The notes under the pieces are model-generated. The model saw nothing but the letters and a program-made list of their open reading frames with translations. It ran no database searches and had not been told where the DNA came from. A DNA stretch of 32,000 nucleotides, taken from contig NZ_JBHSTI010000008.1 of the NCBI RefSeq assembly GCF_042660085.1, forward strand, positions 660,001 through 692,000. The letters are read 5' to 3'. Source of the stretch: Longivirga aurantiaca (GTDB lineage: Bacteria > Actinomycetota > Actinomycetes > S36-B12 > CAIYMF01). A program made the position numbers and the translations under genes. Positions within the stretch are counted from its first letter, which is position 1; each line of letters opens with the position of its first letter. Positions 1-8,780 of the stretch are shown here, in pieces.

Positions 1-267
1 GCCGGGCTCTTCGGGGAACCCCGCGGCGACCCAGCGGTCGTAGACGGTGCGGAGGTGCTCGACGAGGCGCGGGTCGTGGACGCGCAGCAGCACGTCGTCG
101 TCGTGGGCCGCGGCGTCGCGCACCTCGTGCCCGCGGGCGACGAGCTCGGCCTCGATCCGTGTGGCCCGCTCGGGCAGCTCGGTGCCCGGCGTACGGACGC
201 CGACCCAGATCTCGGCCGTGGGGACATGCAGCAGGCAGTCGGCCGATCGCACGACCAGAGCGTTCAT
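1..267 (-). CDS. Histone-deacetylase/acetoin-utilisation family protein (arginase-deacetylase superfamily). This is an N-terminal fragment and the gene runs off the left edge.
   Basis: Absent from the ORF track because it has no stop inside the window. Reading the minus strand from ATG (267-265) gives MNALVVRSADCLLHVPTAEIWVGVRTPGTELPERATRIEAELVARGHEVRDAAAHDDDVLLRVHDPRLVEHLRTVYDRWVAAGFPEEPG, open through position 1 with G/C-rich third positions. The pattern resembles N-termini of HDAC-like amidohydrolases. This is from memory and was not searched. Confidence 0.5.
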   Translation of the reverse strand, partial: MNALVVRSADCLLHVPTAEIWVGVRTPGTELPERATRIEAELVARGHEVRDAAAHDDDVLLRVHDPRLVEHLRTVYDRWVAAGFPEEPG

Positions 268-316
268 GTGGGCGAGCATGCCAGCGCGGAGGTCGGGGGT
301 CGGGCAGGATCGGCGC

Positions 317-1405
317 ATGACGACGCTTGCTGACCTCGGAGTCAGGATCGGGACGCTCCCGCGGGGTTCCACGAACTCGGTGATCGACGTCCCGGGTGCG
401 GGCCTCGGCCACGCCACGGTGGTGTACGACGAGCCCAACCCGCCGGAGGGCCGCGGCCTCGCACGCACCGGCGTCACCGTGGTCGACCTCGGCGGCGACC
501 CGTTCCTGGAGCCGGTTCCGGCGGGCGTCGCGCTGCTCAACGGGGCGGGCGAGCTCACCTCGCGCTCGCAGATGGACGAGTGGGGAGTGGCGGAGACGCC
601 GGTGTTCCTCACCTCCACGATGCAGGTCGGGCGCGTGTACGACTCCGCGTGCCGCCTGCTCATCGAGGAGCAGCCGCGGATCGGCGTCGACGACTTCCTC
701 ATCCCCGTGGTCGGCGAGTGCGACGACTCGTGGCTGAACGACGCGCGCTGGATGCACGTGACGCACGAGCACGTGCGCGACGCCCTGGCCGCGGCCCGCG
801 CGTCGGTGGGCTCGGGCATCGCACCCGACCAGGGCGCGGTCGGGGCAGGCACCGGGATGTCGTGCTACCAGTGGAAGGGCGGCATCGGCACGTCGTCGCG
901 CGTGCTGCCGGCCGGCCACGTGGTCGGCGTCGTGCTGCTGTGCAACTTCGGCCAGTGGGACCGGCTCACGATCGCGGGCGTCCCTGTGGGGCAGCTGCTC
1001 GGACGCCCGGCGCACGTGCCCCCGCCGCCTGCCGGCTCGTGCCTCGGCGTCGTCGTCACCGACGCCCCGATCGACCACCGCGGCTGCGAGCGGCTCGCCA
1101 CGCGCATCGGGCTCGGTCTCGCGCGGACCGGCTCGACCGCGCACCACGGCAGCGGCGAGATCTTCATGGCGGCGGCCACCGGGCTGCGCGCACCGCGCGG
1201 CACGGCGTCGGCGAAGGCGCCGCTCACCGGCCGCGAGCTCGACCCGTACTTCGAGGCGGTGGTCGATGCGTCGGAGGAGGCGGTCGTGAACTGCCTGCTC
1301 TCGGCGCACGACGTCACCGGCGTCGGAGGCAAGACGGTCCCCGCGCTGCCCCGCGAGGCCGTGGCCGAGCTGCTCGACCGCCACTACGCCGGGCCGCGCG
1401 CGTGA
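317..1405 (+). CDS. P1 (S58) family peptidase, DmpA/BapA-type L-aminopeptidase / D-esterase
   Basis: In-frame ATG at 317 within track ORF 47..1405. The product begins MTTLADLGVRIGTLPRGSTNSVIDVPGAGLGHATV and contains GAVGAGTGMSCYQWKGGIGTSSR, typical of the self-processing DmpA family. The upstream 90 codons of the track ORF are Arg/Ser-rich and overlap the divergent gene, so they were rejected. Confidence 0.8.
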   Translation: MTTLADLGVRIGTLPRGSTNSVIDVPGAGLGHATVVYDEPNPPEGRGLARTGVTVVDLGGDPFLEPVPAGVALLNGAGELTSRSQMDEWGVAETPVFLTSTMQVGRVYDSACRLLIEEQPRIGVDDFLIPVVGECDDSWLNDARWMHVTHEHVRDALAAARASVGSGIAPDQGAVGAGTGMSCYQWKGGIGTSSRVLPAGHVVGVVLLCNFGQWDRLTIAGVPVGQLLGRPAHVPPPPAGSCLGVVVTDAPIDHRGCERLATRIGLGLARTGSTAHHGSGEIFMAAATGLRAPRGTASAKAPLTGRELDPYFEAVVDASEEAVVNCLLSAHDVTGVGGKTVPALPREAVAELLDRHYAGPRA

Positions 1406-3372
1406 CCTCGCCGATCCTGGAGGGCACCAAGGTCGACGCCTGGATCCCCATGAGCGACGGCGTGTTCCTCGCCATCACGCTGTACGTCCCGAACGCCGCG
1501 CACGGGCCGCAGCCGTGCATCCTCGAGGCGCTGCCCTACCGCAAGGACGACATGACGTCGTCGTACCGGCCTGAGTACGTGCGGCTGCGCGACGAGCACG
1601 CGTACGCCGTCGCGCGGCTCGACGTACGGGGCACGGGCAGCAGCGGCGGCCGCGCCACCGACGAGTACCCGGAGGCGGAGCAGCGCGACCTCACCGAGGT
1701 GATCGCGTGGCTCGCGGCGCAGGAGTGGTGCGACGGCAACATCGGCATGTACGGCACGTCATACAGCGGCTTCAACTCGCTGCAGATGGCGTGCGAGCGC
1801 CCGGCCCACCTGAAGGCGGTCATCGCGATCTACGCGACCGACGACCGGCACACCGACGACGTGCACTACATGGGCGGCCTGCGGCGGTGGATCGACCTCG
1901 TCGACTACTGCCACTACATGACGCCGATGAACGCGCTGCCGCCCGTTCCCGCGGTGTTCGGGCCCGGCTGGCGCGAGGAGTGGAAGGCGCGGATCGCCGA
2001 GCACGAGCCATGGATCATGACGTGGTTCGAGAACCAGCGCGACAACGCCTACTGGCGGCACGGCTCGGTGCGTCCGGCGTACGACCGGATCGAGGTCCCG
2101 ACGATGATCGTCGCCGGCTGGGCCGACGGCTACCGCAACAACACGTTCCGCACGATGGAGCGGCTCGGCGAGAACGGCGTGCCGCGGCGCCTGCTGGCCG
2201 GGCCGTGGTCGCACGCGGCCACGTCGTCGGCGCTGCCCGGGCCGCGCATCGACCTCGTGCCCGAGATGGTGACGTGGTGGGACCGCTGGCTGCGCGGCGT
2301 CGAGAACGGGATCGACGAGCAGCCCGAGGCGGTCTGGTACGTCCGCGAGTTCACCGCGCCCGAGCCCGACCTCGACGTGGTCAGGGGGGAGTGGCGTAGC
2401 GACGTGTGGCCGTCGCCGCGCTCGTCCACGGTGGTGGTGCCGCTCGACGCGCGGGCGCCGTACGCCGTGAAGCCCGACATCGGCACTGCCGCCTGGATCT
2501 CGTGCGCCGGGCACCTGCCGTACGGGCAGTCGCTCGACCAGCGGCACGACGACGCCGACTCGCTCACCTGGGACGTCGACCCGTCGGCCCTCGGCGCGGC
2601 CGTGCCGTTCGAGATCGCGGGCAACGCGCACGTGCACCTGTCGGTGAGCGCCGACCAGCCCGTGGCGACCGTGGCGGTGAAGCTGCAGGACGTCGCGCCC
2701 GACGGCACGTCGGTGCTGGTCTCGCGCGGCGTGCTCAACCTGACGCGCCGCGGCGGCATGGCGGCGGTCGAGCCGCTCGTGCCGGGCACGGCGTACGACG
2801 TGGACGTGGAGATCGAGGCCGCGGCGTACCGATGGCTGCCGGGTCACGTGCTGCGCGTGGCCGTGGCGGGTGCGGACTGGCCCAACACGTCCGCGCCGCC
2901 GCTGCCGGTGACCCTCACCGTGCACGGCGGGCGTCTCGAGCTGCCGGCCTACGACGCCTCGGGTGCTCCGGAGCCGCCCGACCTCGTGCCGGGAGACGAG
3001 ACGTCGAGCGAGTCGGACCACGGCGTGGTGTGGCGGGTCGAGCGCGACGTGCTCGCCCGGCGCACGACCTGCGTGATCGACCACGGGTCGGCGTACGACG
3101 CGCCCTACGGGTCGGTGGTCGAGCACTACGGCGGCCGCGTGTCGGTGTCGTCGCGCACCTTCGAGCAGACCGCGGCGTCCGACGTGAGCTTCCGCCTGTC
3201 GTTCGCCGACGACGGCACCGGCAACCCGGTCAGCGTCACGACGCGCTCGGTGCTCGACGTGCACGCGGGCGAGCGCACCTACGACGTGCGCATCGCGATG
3301 ACCTGCAGCGAGGGCGACCGCGTGGTCGCCGAGCGCCGCTGGGAGCGCCAGTTCCCCCGCGACCTCGCCTGA
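1402..3372 (+). CDS. CocE/NonD family alpha/beta hydrolase (S15 X-Pro dipeptidyl-peptidase-like)
   Basis: The GTG at 1402 overlaps the upstream stop (GTGA). The product starts TSPILEGTKVDAWIPMSDGVFLAITLYVP, continues LPYRKDD...RLDVRGTGSSGG, and has the nucleophile elbow GMYGTSYSGF. The C-terminal beta-rich domain is typical of CocE/NonD. The track ORF 580..3372 is an out-of-context N-terminal extension. Confidence 0.85.
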   Translation: MTSPILEGTKVDAWIPMSDGVFLAITLYVPNAAHGPQPCILEALPYRKDDMTSSYRPEYVRLRDEHAYAVARLDVRGTGSSGGRATDEYPEAEQRDLTEVIAWLAAQEWCDGNIGMYGTSYSGFNSLQMACERPAHLKAVIAIYATDDRHTDDVHYMGGLRRWIDLVDYCHYMTPMNALPPVPAVFGPGWREEWKARIAEHEPWIMTWFENQRDNAYWRHGSVRPAYDRIEVPTMIVAGWADGYRNNTFRTMERLGENGVPRRLLAGPWSHAATSSALPGPRIDLVPEMVTWWDRWLRGVENGIDEQPEAVWYVREFTAPEPDLDVVRGEWRSDVWPSPRSSTVVVPLDARAPYAVKPDIGTAAWISCAGHLPYGQSLDQRHDDADSLTWDVDPSALGAAVPFEIAGNAHVHLSVSADQPVATVAVKLQDVAPDGTSVLVSRGVLNLTRRGGMAAVEPLVPGTAYDVDVEIEAAAYRWLPGHVLRVAVAGADWPNTSAPPLPVTLTVHGGRLELPAYDASGAPEPPDLVPGDETSSESDHGVVWRVERDVLARRTTCVIDHGSAYDAPYGSVVEHYGGRVSVSSRTFEQTAASDVSFRLSFADDGTGNPVSVTTRSVLDVHAGERTYDVRIAMTCSEGDRVVAERRWERQFPRDLA

Positions 3373-3377
3373 GCCGG

Positions 3378-4586
3378 TCAGGTCGTCGCGGGGCGCAGGG
3401 GCTTCACGATCGGGGCGAGCAGGACGATGCCGAGGCCGAGGACGGGCAGGATCCAGAGCGCGTTCCCGAGGCCGATCTGCTCGCCGAGCAGGCCGATGAG
3501 CGGGGGCCCGAGGAGGAACCCGCCGTACCCGATGGTCGACACGGCCGCGATGCCGTCGGCTGCACGGCCCGGCGTCTCACCGCCCGCGCTCATCGCGGCG
3601 GGGAACACCAGCGCGACGCCGGCACCCCAGAGCAGCACGCCGACGAGCGAGCCGTAGACGCCCGGGGCGGCGAGGGTCGCAACCACGCCGGTGAGGACGA
3701 CGGCGCCCGCGAGCCGGATCGCCCGGGCTCGGCCGAGCCGGGCGATGATCGCGGTGCCCGAGAAGCGGGAGAGCGCCATCGCGGTGGCCCACATGCCGTA
3801 GCCGAGGGCGGCGACCGTCGCCGTGGCGGCGCGCTCGTCCGTCAGGTACAGCGCGATCCAGTCAGCAGCGGATCCTTCGAGCAGGCAGGCGCAGAGCGTG
3901 ATGATCCCGAGCAGCACGAGACGCCGCGTGAGCAGTCGTGGCTTCACCATCGACGTCGTGCCGTCGCTCTCGTCGACCACCTCGACGTGCGCCACGGCAG
4001 GCTCGCGGTCGTCGACGAACCAGCGGAGCGCGACGACGGCGCTGCCGCCGCAGCCGATGAGCGCGGCGATGAGGAAGTGCGTGGTCAGCCCGAGGCCGAG
4101 GAACGCCGCGAGCGCGCCGAGTCCGGCGCCGAGGGCGGCGCCCACCGACCACAGCGCGTGGTAGCGCGGCATGTAGTCGCGGCCGGCGTTGCGGTCGACA
4201 TACGAGCCGTGGATGTTCATGGCGACGTCCCACGAGCCGTACGCCATGCCGAACACGAACAGCGCCGCGCCCGTCGTGACGGCGTTCGGAGTGACGGACA
4301 GCAGCACCAGGCAGAGCGCGCAGACCGAGGCCAGCACGACGATCACAGGGGTGCTGCTGAACCGCGCGACGAATCGGCCGACGAAGGGCATCGCCGCGAG
4401 CGAGCCGAATCCCGCCATGAGCAGCGTGATGCCGACGACGGCGGTGCTGAGGTCGAGGCGGTCGCGAGTGGCGGGGAGACGCGAGACCCAGCCGGCGATG
4501 ATCGTGGCGTTGAGCAGGAAGACCGCCGCCGTCGCGATGGCCGGCCCCCGCCACGTTCTGGGCGGCGCCAGCTCGTCGTACGTCAC
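3378..4586 (-). CDS. MFS transporter
   Basis: 402-aa ORF with a GTG start. It is hydrophobic throughout, with roughly 12 predicted helical stretches such as AIATAAVFLLNATIIAGWVSRLP and GITLLMAGFGSLAAMPFVGRF. It lies 34 nt downstream of, and co-oriented with, the Rieske oxygenase gene. Confidence 0.8.
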   Translation of the reverse strand: MTYDELAPPRTWRGPAIATAAVFLLNATIIAGWVSRLPATRDRLDLSTAVVGITLLMAGFGSLAAMPFVGRFVARFSSTPVIVVLASVCALCLVLLSVTPNAVTTGAALFVFGMAYGSWDVAMNIHGSYVDRNAGRDYMPRYHALWSVGAALGAGLGALAAFLGLGLTTHFLIAALIGCGGSAVVALRWFVDDREPAVAHVEVVDESDGTTSMVKPRLLTRRLVLLGIITLCACLLEGSAADWIALYLTDERAATATVAALGYGMWATAMALSRFSGTAIIARLGRARAIRLAGAVVLTGVVATLAAPGVYGSLVGVLLWGAGVALVFPAAMSAGGETPGRAADGIAAVSTIGYGGFLLGPPLIGLLGEQIGLGNALWILPVLGLGIVLLAPIVKPLRPATT

Positions 4587-4620
4587 CGGTCGATCGTGCC
4601 ACGGACCGGCGGCGACCCCG

Positions 4621-5808
4621 TCACGCGGTGCGTGCCGATCCCGGCTTGTCGCTCGGCGCGATGCCGAGGTAGCCGCGGCCGACCATCTGCACCCACTGGT
4701 GCACGGCGTCCTCGTTCGGCGCGAACGGCCCCGGCTTGAAGTGCGGCGAGGTGAGACCGCGCTGCACGAGCTCGCAGGCCCGCCAGTCCTGGCTGTTGGT
4801 GAGGTCCCAGAACTCGACGGCGTACGACGGGTCGACGTCGGCGCTCGGGAAGTACCAGCTGCACTCGATCCACGACCGGTCAGGCCCGAGCGGCAGGACG
4901 CGGTGGGTCATCACGTAGTCGGGGTGGCCGGAGAACAGAAGGTTGGGGAACAGCTGCACGTAGAGCACGGAGTCCTGGGGCGCCCCCTCGATCGGCACGC
5001 CCTTCGAGGTGCCGTCGAGGCTCATCGTGACCGCGTCGCCCTTGAACTCCATCGTGCCGCCGACCCACGCGCCCGGGCGATCGAAGTTGTCGCCGGAGGT
5101 GGGGATCGAGACCTGGCAGAGCTCGGGGTGGATCAGCGGGCAGTGGTAGCACTCGTGGTAGTTCTCGGACACGAGCTTCCAGTTGGCCGCGATCTCGTAG
5201 GAGTGCCGGGCGCCGAGCACGAGCGACTCCGGGTGGTACGGCGCGACCAGCTCGTCGAGCACCCCGAGGTGGTCCTCCCATGCGGGCGCGGTGCCGGTGG
5301 CGTTGACGAACAGCCAGCCGTGCCAGGCCTTCGACGGCAGCGGCACCAGTCCGTGGTCCGCGCCGACGAACGTCTCGCTGTCGCGGAAGCCGGGCGCCGC
5401 CTGCAACGACCCGTCGAGCCGGTACGTCCACGCGTGGTACACGCACAGCACCGAGCGCGACGCGGAGGTGCAGTCGTCCTCGAGCAGCACGTGCCCGCGG
5501 TGCCGGCAGGTGTTGGCGAACGCGTGGACGTCGTCACCCTCGAAGGTCAGGAGCACGGGCACGTCGCCGACGAGCAGGGCGCGCTGCGTGGCGCGACCGC
5601 CGTCGGCGTCGGTGCGCAGCTCGTCGACGCGTCCGACGCAGGCCCAGCTGCCCGCGACGAGGTTGCGGCGCTCCCAGGCGAGGACGTGGGGGGAGGTGTA
5701 GGCCTCCGCCGGCAGCATGGTCGACTGCCCGAACGGCAGCAGGGCACGGGAGAGGCCCTCGGGGTCGACGGGCGCGAGGGGGCGCAGGTCGGTCAGGTCG
5801 AGGCTCAT
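4621..5808 (-). CDS. Rieske [2Fe-2S] non-haem-iron oxygenase alpha subunit, GbcA/CntA/Stc2-like subfamily
   Basis: Rieske ligands CRHRGH...CVYHAWTY, the mononuclear-iron motif NYHECYHCPLIHPEL, and a C-terminal EFWDLTNSQDWRACELVQRG block. I prefer ATG 5808 (MSLDLTDL) because GGAGG sits 8 nt upstream. The track start GTG 5817 is the alternative. Confidence 0.85.
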   Translation of the reverse strand: MSLDLTDLRPLAPVDPEGLSRALLPFGQSTMLPAEAYTSPHVLAWERRNLVAGSWACVGRVDELRTDADGGRATQRALLVGDVPVLLTFEGDDVHAFANTCRHRGHVLLEDDCTSASRSVLCVYHAWTYRLDGSLQAAPGFRDSETFVGADHGLVPLPSKAWHGWLFVNATGTAPAWEDHLGVLDELVAPYHPESLVLGARHSYEIAANWKLVSENYHECYHCPLIHPELCQVSIPTSGDNFDRPGAWVGGTMEFKGDAVTMSLDGTSKGVPIEGAPQDSVLYVQLFPNLLFSGHPDYVMTHRVLPLGPDRSWIECSWYFPSADVDPSYAVEFWDLTNSQDWRACELVQRGLTSPHFKPGPFAPNEDAVHQWVQMVGRGYLGIAPSDKPGSARTA

Positions 5809-5849
5809 GCTCCGCACCTCCGGGTTGTCGCGTCGCTAGGGTCGTCGTC

Positions 5850-6449
5850 GTGGCGAGACGGAAGGTCGAGGTGCGGCGCGAGGAGATCCTCGACGCCGCC
5901 GCAGCCGAGGTGACCAAGCGCGGTTTCGCGCGCACGCGCGGGGCCGACATCGCGGCCGCGCTGGGCGTGAGCACGGCGCTGCTCTTCTACCACTTCGGCA
6001 CCAAGGAGCAGCTCTTCGCAGCGGCGCTCGAGCACGCGGTGGCCAAGGACCTCGCGCGGCTCGAGGCCACGGTGGCCAAGGCGAAGGACCCCGCCGACGG
6101 CGTCCGTCGGATCCTCGCCCTCTACTCCCCGCAGGGGAACGCCGACGGCTGGACGATCTGGGTGGACGCGTGGGCGGAGAGCCTGCGCGAGCCCGAGATG
6201 CGCGCGACCTCCCGGACGCTCGACGTGCGCTGGAAGGACGTGCTCGCCGAGCAGATCACCCAGGGCGTCGAGCGCGGGATGTTCTCCTGCGCCGACCCGG
6301 ACGGTGCGGCGTGGCGCCTGTCGGCACTGCTGGACGGCCTCGCCGTGCAGGTGATGGTGCACCGCAGCCTCACCAAGGCCCAGCTCGCGGTGTGGGTGCG
6401 CGAGGCGGCCGCGCGCGAGCTCGGGTGCGACCCCGAGCTGCTGACCTGA
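5850..6449 (+). CDS. TetR/AcrR family transcriptional regulator
   Basis: The N-terminal helix-turn-helix region REEILDAAAAEVTKRGFARTRGADIAAALGVSTALLFYHFGTKEQLF is classic TetR. The gene is divergent from the Rieske-MFS pair with only about 41 bp between starts. No SD is present, so the transcript may be leaderless or the true start may lie slightly downstream. Confidence 0.85.
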   Translation: MARRKVEVRREEILDAAAAEVTKRGFARTRGADIAAALGVSTALLFYHFGTKEQLFAAALEHAVAKDLARLEATVAKAKDPADGVRRILALYSPQGNADGWTIWVDAWAESLREPEMRATSRTLDVRWKDVLAEQITQGVERGMFSCADPDGAAWRLSALLDGLAVQVMVHRSLTKAQLAVWVREAAARELGCDPELLT

Positions 6450-6459
6450 CCGATGCACG

Positions 6460-7620
6460 TCACACCATCCAGTGCGGCTCGTACGCCGGGTCGGTGAGGG
6501 CCGCCCGGTCGAGGCCGAACGCCGAGATGTCGGCGTCGGTGCGGCCGTCGAGCGCGACGTCGGTCAGCAGCCTGCCGAAGGTCGCCGCGAACTTGTAGCC
6601 GTGCGCGGCCCCGAGGCCGACGACGACCTGCGGTACGCCGGGCACCGCCGACACGACGAAGTCGCGGTCGGGCGTGAGCGTGTAGAGGCAGCGCTTGGAC
6701 CGCACCGCCGGGCCCGACGCCGGGAAGGTCGAGGCCATGAACGCCGCGAGCCGGCCGAGCATCGCGAGGTCGGTCTCGCCCGACCGCTCGTCGCCGGTCA
6801 CCGTCGGGCCGCCGCAGTCCTGCGCGGCCTTCACCGTGTCCTCGCCGTACGTCGGGAAGCCGTAGTACGACGGCTCGTCCATCCAGATCCACACCGGGAA
6901 CCGGCCGGGGCGGAACGGCTCGGGGTCGGCCGGCGCGAAGTAGGTGACCTGCTCCTCGGTGACCGCGAGCGGCAGCCGTACGCCGAGCGGCTCGACGAGG
7001 CGCGACGTCCAGGCGTCGGCCGACACCACCACGCGGGCGGCCGAGACCCGGCCCGACGCAGTCACGACGTCGACGCCGTCGGCGGTGGGCTCGAGCGCGA
7101 GCACCGGCGTGCGGTCACGCAGCACCGCGCCGTGCTCGACCGCACGACGCTGCATCGCAGCCGTGCCGCGCGCGGCCGGCACGATCGCCGTCCGCTGCTG
7201 GTAGAGCGCGCTCGTGCCCTCGGGCAGGGCGAGCTGCGGCCAGCGCTCGAGGATCTCGTCGTGCCCGAGGATCTCGTAGGGCACCTGCCTCGCGTCCATC
7301 GAGAGCGTGTAGTCGTCCATCGGGATGGCAGCGCCCGTGGGGAAGAGGTCGAGGCCGCCGGTGACCGTCACGAACGTCTCGCCGGTCGCGTCCTCGAGGT
7401 CGGCCCAGTCCTCGTACGCGTCGAAGGTCAGGTCGACGTACGCCGGCGTGTGGTAGCTGTGCCGCAGGATCCGGCTGGTGTCGTGCGAGGCGCCTCGGTC
7501 GTGGCCGAGCTCGAACTGCTCGAGGCCGAGCACCCGCAGGCCGCGGCGCGCGGCGTGCCACGCGGTCGACGACCCGAGCGCCCCGAGGCCGACCACCACC
7601 AGGTCGTAGGTCTCAGTCAT
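6460..7620 (-). CDS. Monomeric sarcosine oxidase / N-methyl-L-amino-acid (N-methyltryptophan) oxidase family flavoprotein
   Basis: ATG 7620 gives MTETYDLVVVGLGALGSSTAWHAARRG, a GxGxxG FAD fold. CLYTLTPDRDFVV matches the position of the covalent-FAD cysteine in MSOX-type enzymes, and GLGAAHGYKFA is also typical. Codons 7621..7881 of the track ORF were rejected because they overlap the upstream gene and are Arg/Ser/Thr-rich. Confidence 0.85.
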   Translation of the reverse strand: MTETYDLVVVGLGALGSSTAWHAARRGLRVLGLEQFELGHDRGASHDTSRILRHSYHTPAYVDLTFDAYEDWADLEDATGETFVTVTGGLDLFPTGAAIPMDDYTLSMDARQVPYEILGHDEILERWPQLALPEGTSALYQQRTAIVPAARGTAAMQRRAVEHGAVLRDRTPVLALEPTADGVDVVTASGRVSAARVVVSADAWTSRLVEPLGVRLPLAVTEEQVTYFAPADPEPFRPGRFPVWIWMDEPSYYGFPTYGEDTVKAAQDCGGPTVTGDERSGETDLAMLGRLAAFMASTFPASGPAVRSKRCLYTLTPDRDFVVSAVPGVPQVVVGLGAAHGYKFAATFGRLLTDVALDGRTDADISAFGLDRAALTDPAYEPHWMV

Positions 7621-8758
7621 CGGAGCCCCTCCGCTCGTGCCTCTCCAGCCGAGGCAGCAGCCAGCGGCGGATGTCGAGGGACGCATCCTCCATGGGCGCG
7701 TACCAGCCCTGGCGGTAGGCGCGCGACGACATCCCGCGCTGCACCGACTCGCAGATCGCCCAGTCCTGCTTGTTCGTGAGGTCCCACAGCTCCTCGGCGT
7801 CCGAGGGGTCGAAGGTCGGCTTCGCTGCCTCGTCCGGGGCGAACAGCAGGTCGCACACGACCTCGGTGCGGTCGACCGCACGAGGGCGCAGCACGAACGC
7901 CGCGGCGTGCTCGGCCGAGAGCGACAGCAGGAGGTTGGGGTAGACGAGCTCGCCCTTGTGCCGCACCCGCTCGTGCTCGTCGAGGTCGGGGAACGGCGCG
8001 CGGTCGGTCGTGCCGCTCATCGTGAAGGTCCACGCGCCCTCGCGGTGGGGTACGCCGTCCTCCCACTCGAGGTGCTGTCCGCCGCCGCCGAACGCCGGCA
8101 CCAGCCGCACGAGCTCGGGGTGCACCGGTCCGCAGTGGTAGCACTCGTTGTAGTTCTCCGCGACGACCTTCCAGTTGGCTGCGACCTCGTAGCGCAGCCG
8201 TCGTCCGAGCACGAGGGTGTCGAGCGGGTAGCGCCGTACCCGCTCGGGCACCGGCGCGAGCGCCTCGAGCAGGTCCGTCGCCTCGTCCGGCGCGCCGTGC
8301 AGCCACAGCCAGCCGCCCCACGCCGCGGCACCTACCGGGTGGAGGCGGAACGCGTCACGGTCGAGGTCGACGCCGTCGGTGTGGGGCGCGTGCAGCAGCG
8401 ACCCGTCGAGGCCGTACGTCCACGAGTGGTACGGGCAGCGCAGCGAGCGCGCGGCGCACGGCGCGACGGACGCGCCCGGCTCCACCGGCACCACCTGCGA
8501 CCCGCGGTGGCGGCAGACGTTGTAGTGGCCGTGCAGCGCACCCCCGGTGTCGGTGGTGACGAGGACGGACTCGCCGTGCAGGTCGACGACGGCGAGCCGC
8601 TCGGGGAGCAGGTCGCGCGTGCCGGGCGCGGTGAGACCGAGGTCGTCGAGCCGGCCGATGCAGGTCCACTCGCGCAGGAGCACGGCCGTGCGCTCGCGCT
8701 CGTGCAGCGCGGCGTCGACGTAGTGCTCGCGCGGGAGCGCCTCCTGCAGCCCGCTCAT
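7613..8758 (-). CDS. Rieske [2Fe-2S] non-haem-iron oxygenase alpha subunit, paralogue of 4621..5808
   Basis: CRHRGSQ...CPYHSWTY, NYNECYHCGPVHPELV and ELWDLTNKQDWAICESVQRG. GGAGGG lies about 11 nt upstream of ATG 8758. The gene overlaps the downstream oxidase gene by 8 nt. Confidence 0.85.
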   Translation of the reverse strand: MSGLQEALPREHYVDAALHERERTAVLLREWTCIGRLDDLGLTAPGTRDLLPERLAVVDLHGESVLVTTDTGGALHGHYNVCRHRGSQVVPVEPGASVAPCAARSLRCPYHSWTYGLDGSLLHAPHTDGVDLDRDAFRLHPVGAAAWGGWLWLHGAPDEATDLLEALAPVPERVRRYPLDTLVLGRRLRYEVAANWKVVAENYNECYHCGPVHPELVRLVPAFGGGGQHLEWEDGVPHREGAWTFTMSGTTDRAPFPDLDEHERVRHKGELVYPNLLLSLSAEHAAAFVLRPRAVDRTEVVCDLLFAPDEAAKPTFDPSDAEELWDLTNKQDWAICESVQRGMSSRAYRQGWYAPMEDASLDIRRWLLPRLERHERRGSDD

Positions 8759-8780
8759 CCGGTGATCGCCCTCCTGTCCG

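Noticed and set aside
47-316. N-terminal extensions offered by the track for real genes (47..316 for the P1 peptidase). The same applies to 580..1401, 7621..7881, 9853..9939, 17368..17634, 17415..17690, 19748..20455, 21779..22504, 22663..23463, 23502..23633, 25984..26424, 26898..27629 and 27608..29224.
   Set aside because: The extensions overlap the preceding gene, are Arg/Ser/Pro-rich, and precede an internal start that matches the homologous N-terminus. That internal start often has an ATGA/GTGA coupling overlap or an SD.
2406-4739. 777-aa plus-strand ORF spanning the CocE/NonD 3-prime end, the MFS gene and the Rieske gene end
   Set aside because: It is an out-of-frame or antisense reading of supported genes. 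The composition is dominated by Arg, Gly, Ala, Asp and Glu with no domain signatures.
5809-5849. Search for a TetR operator palindrome in the 41-bp gap between the TetR gene and the Rieske-1 gene
   Set aside because: I could find no inverted repeat of 6 bp or more per arm by eye, so no operator is claimed here. The start codons of one or both genes may also be slightly misplaced.
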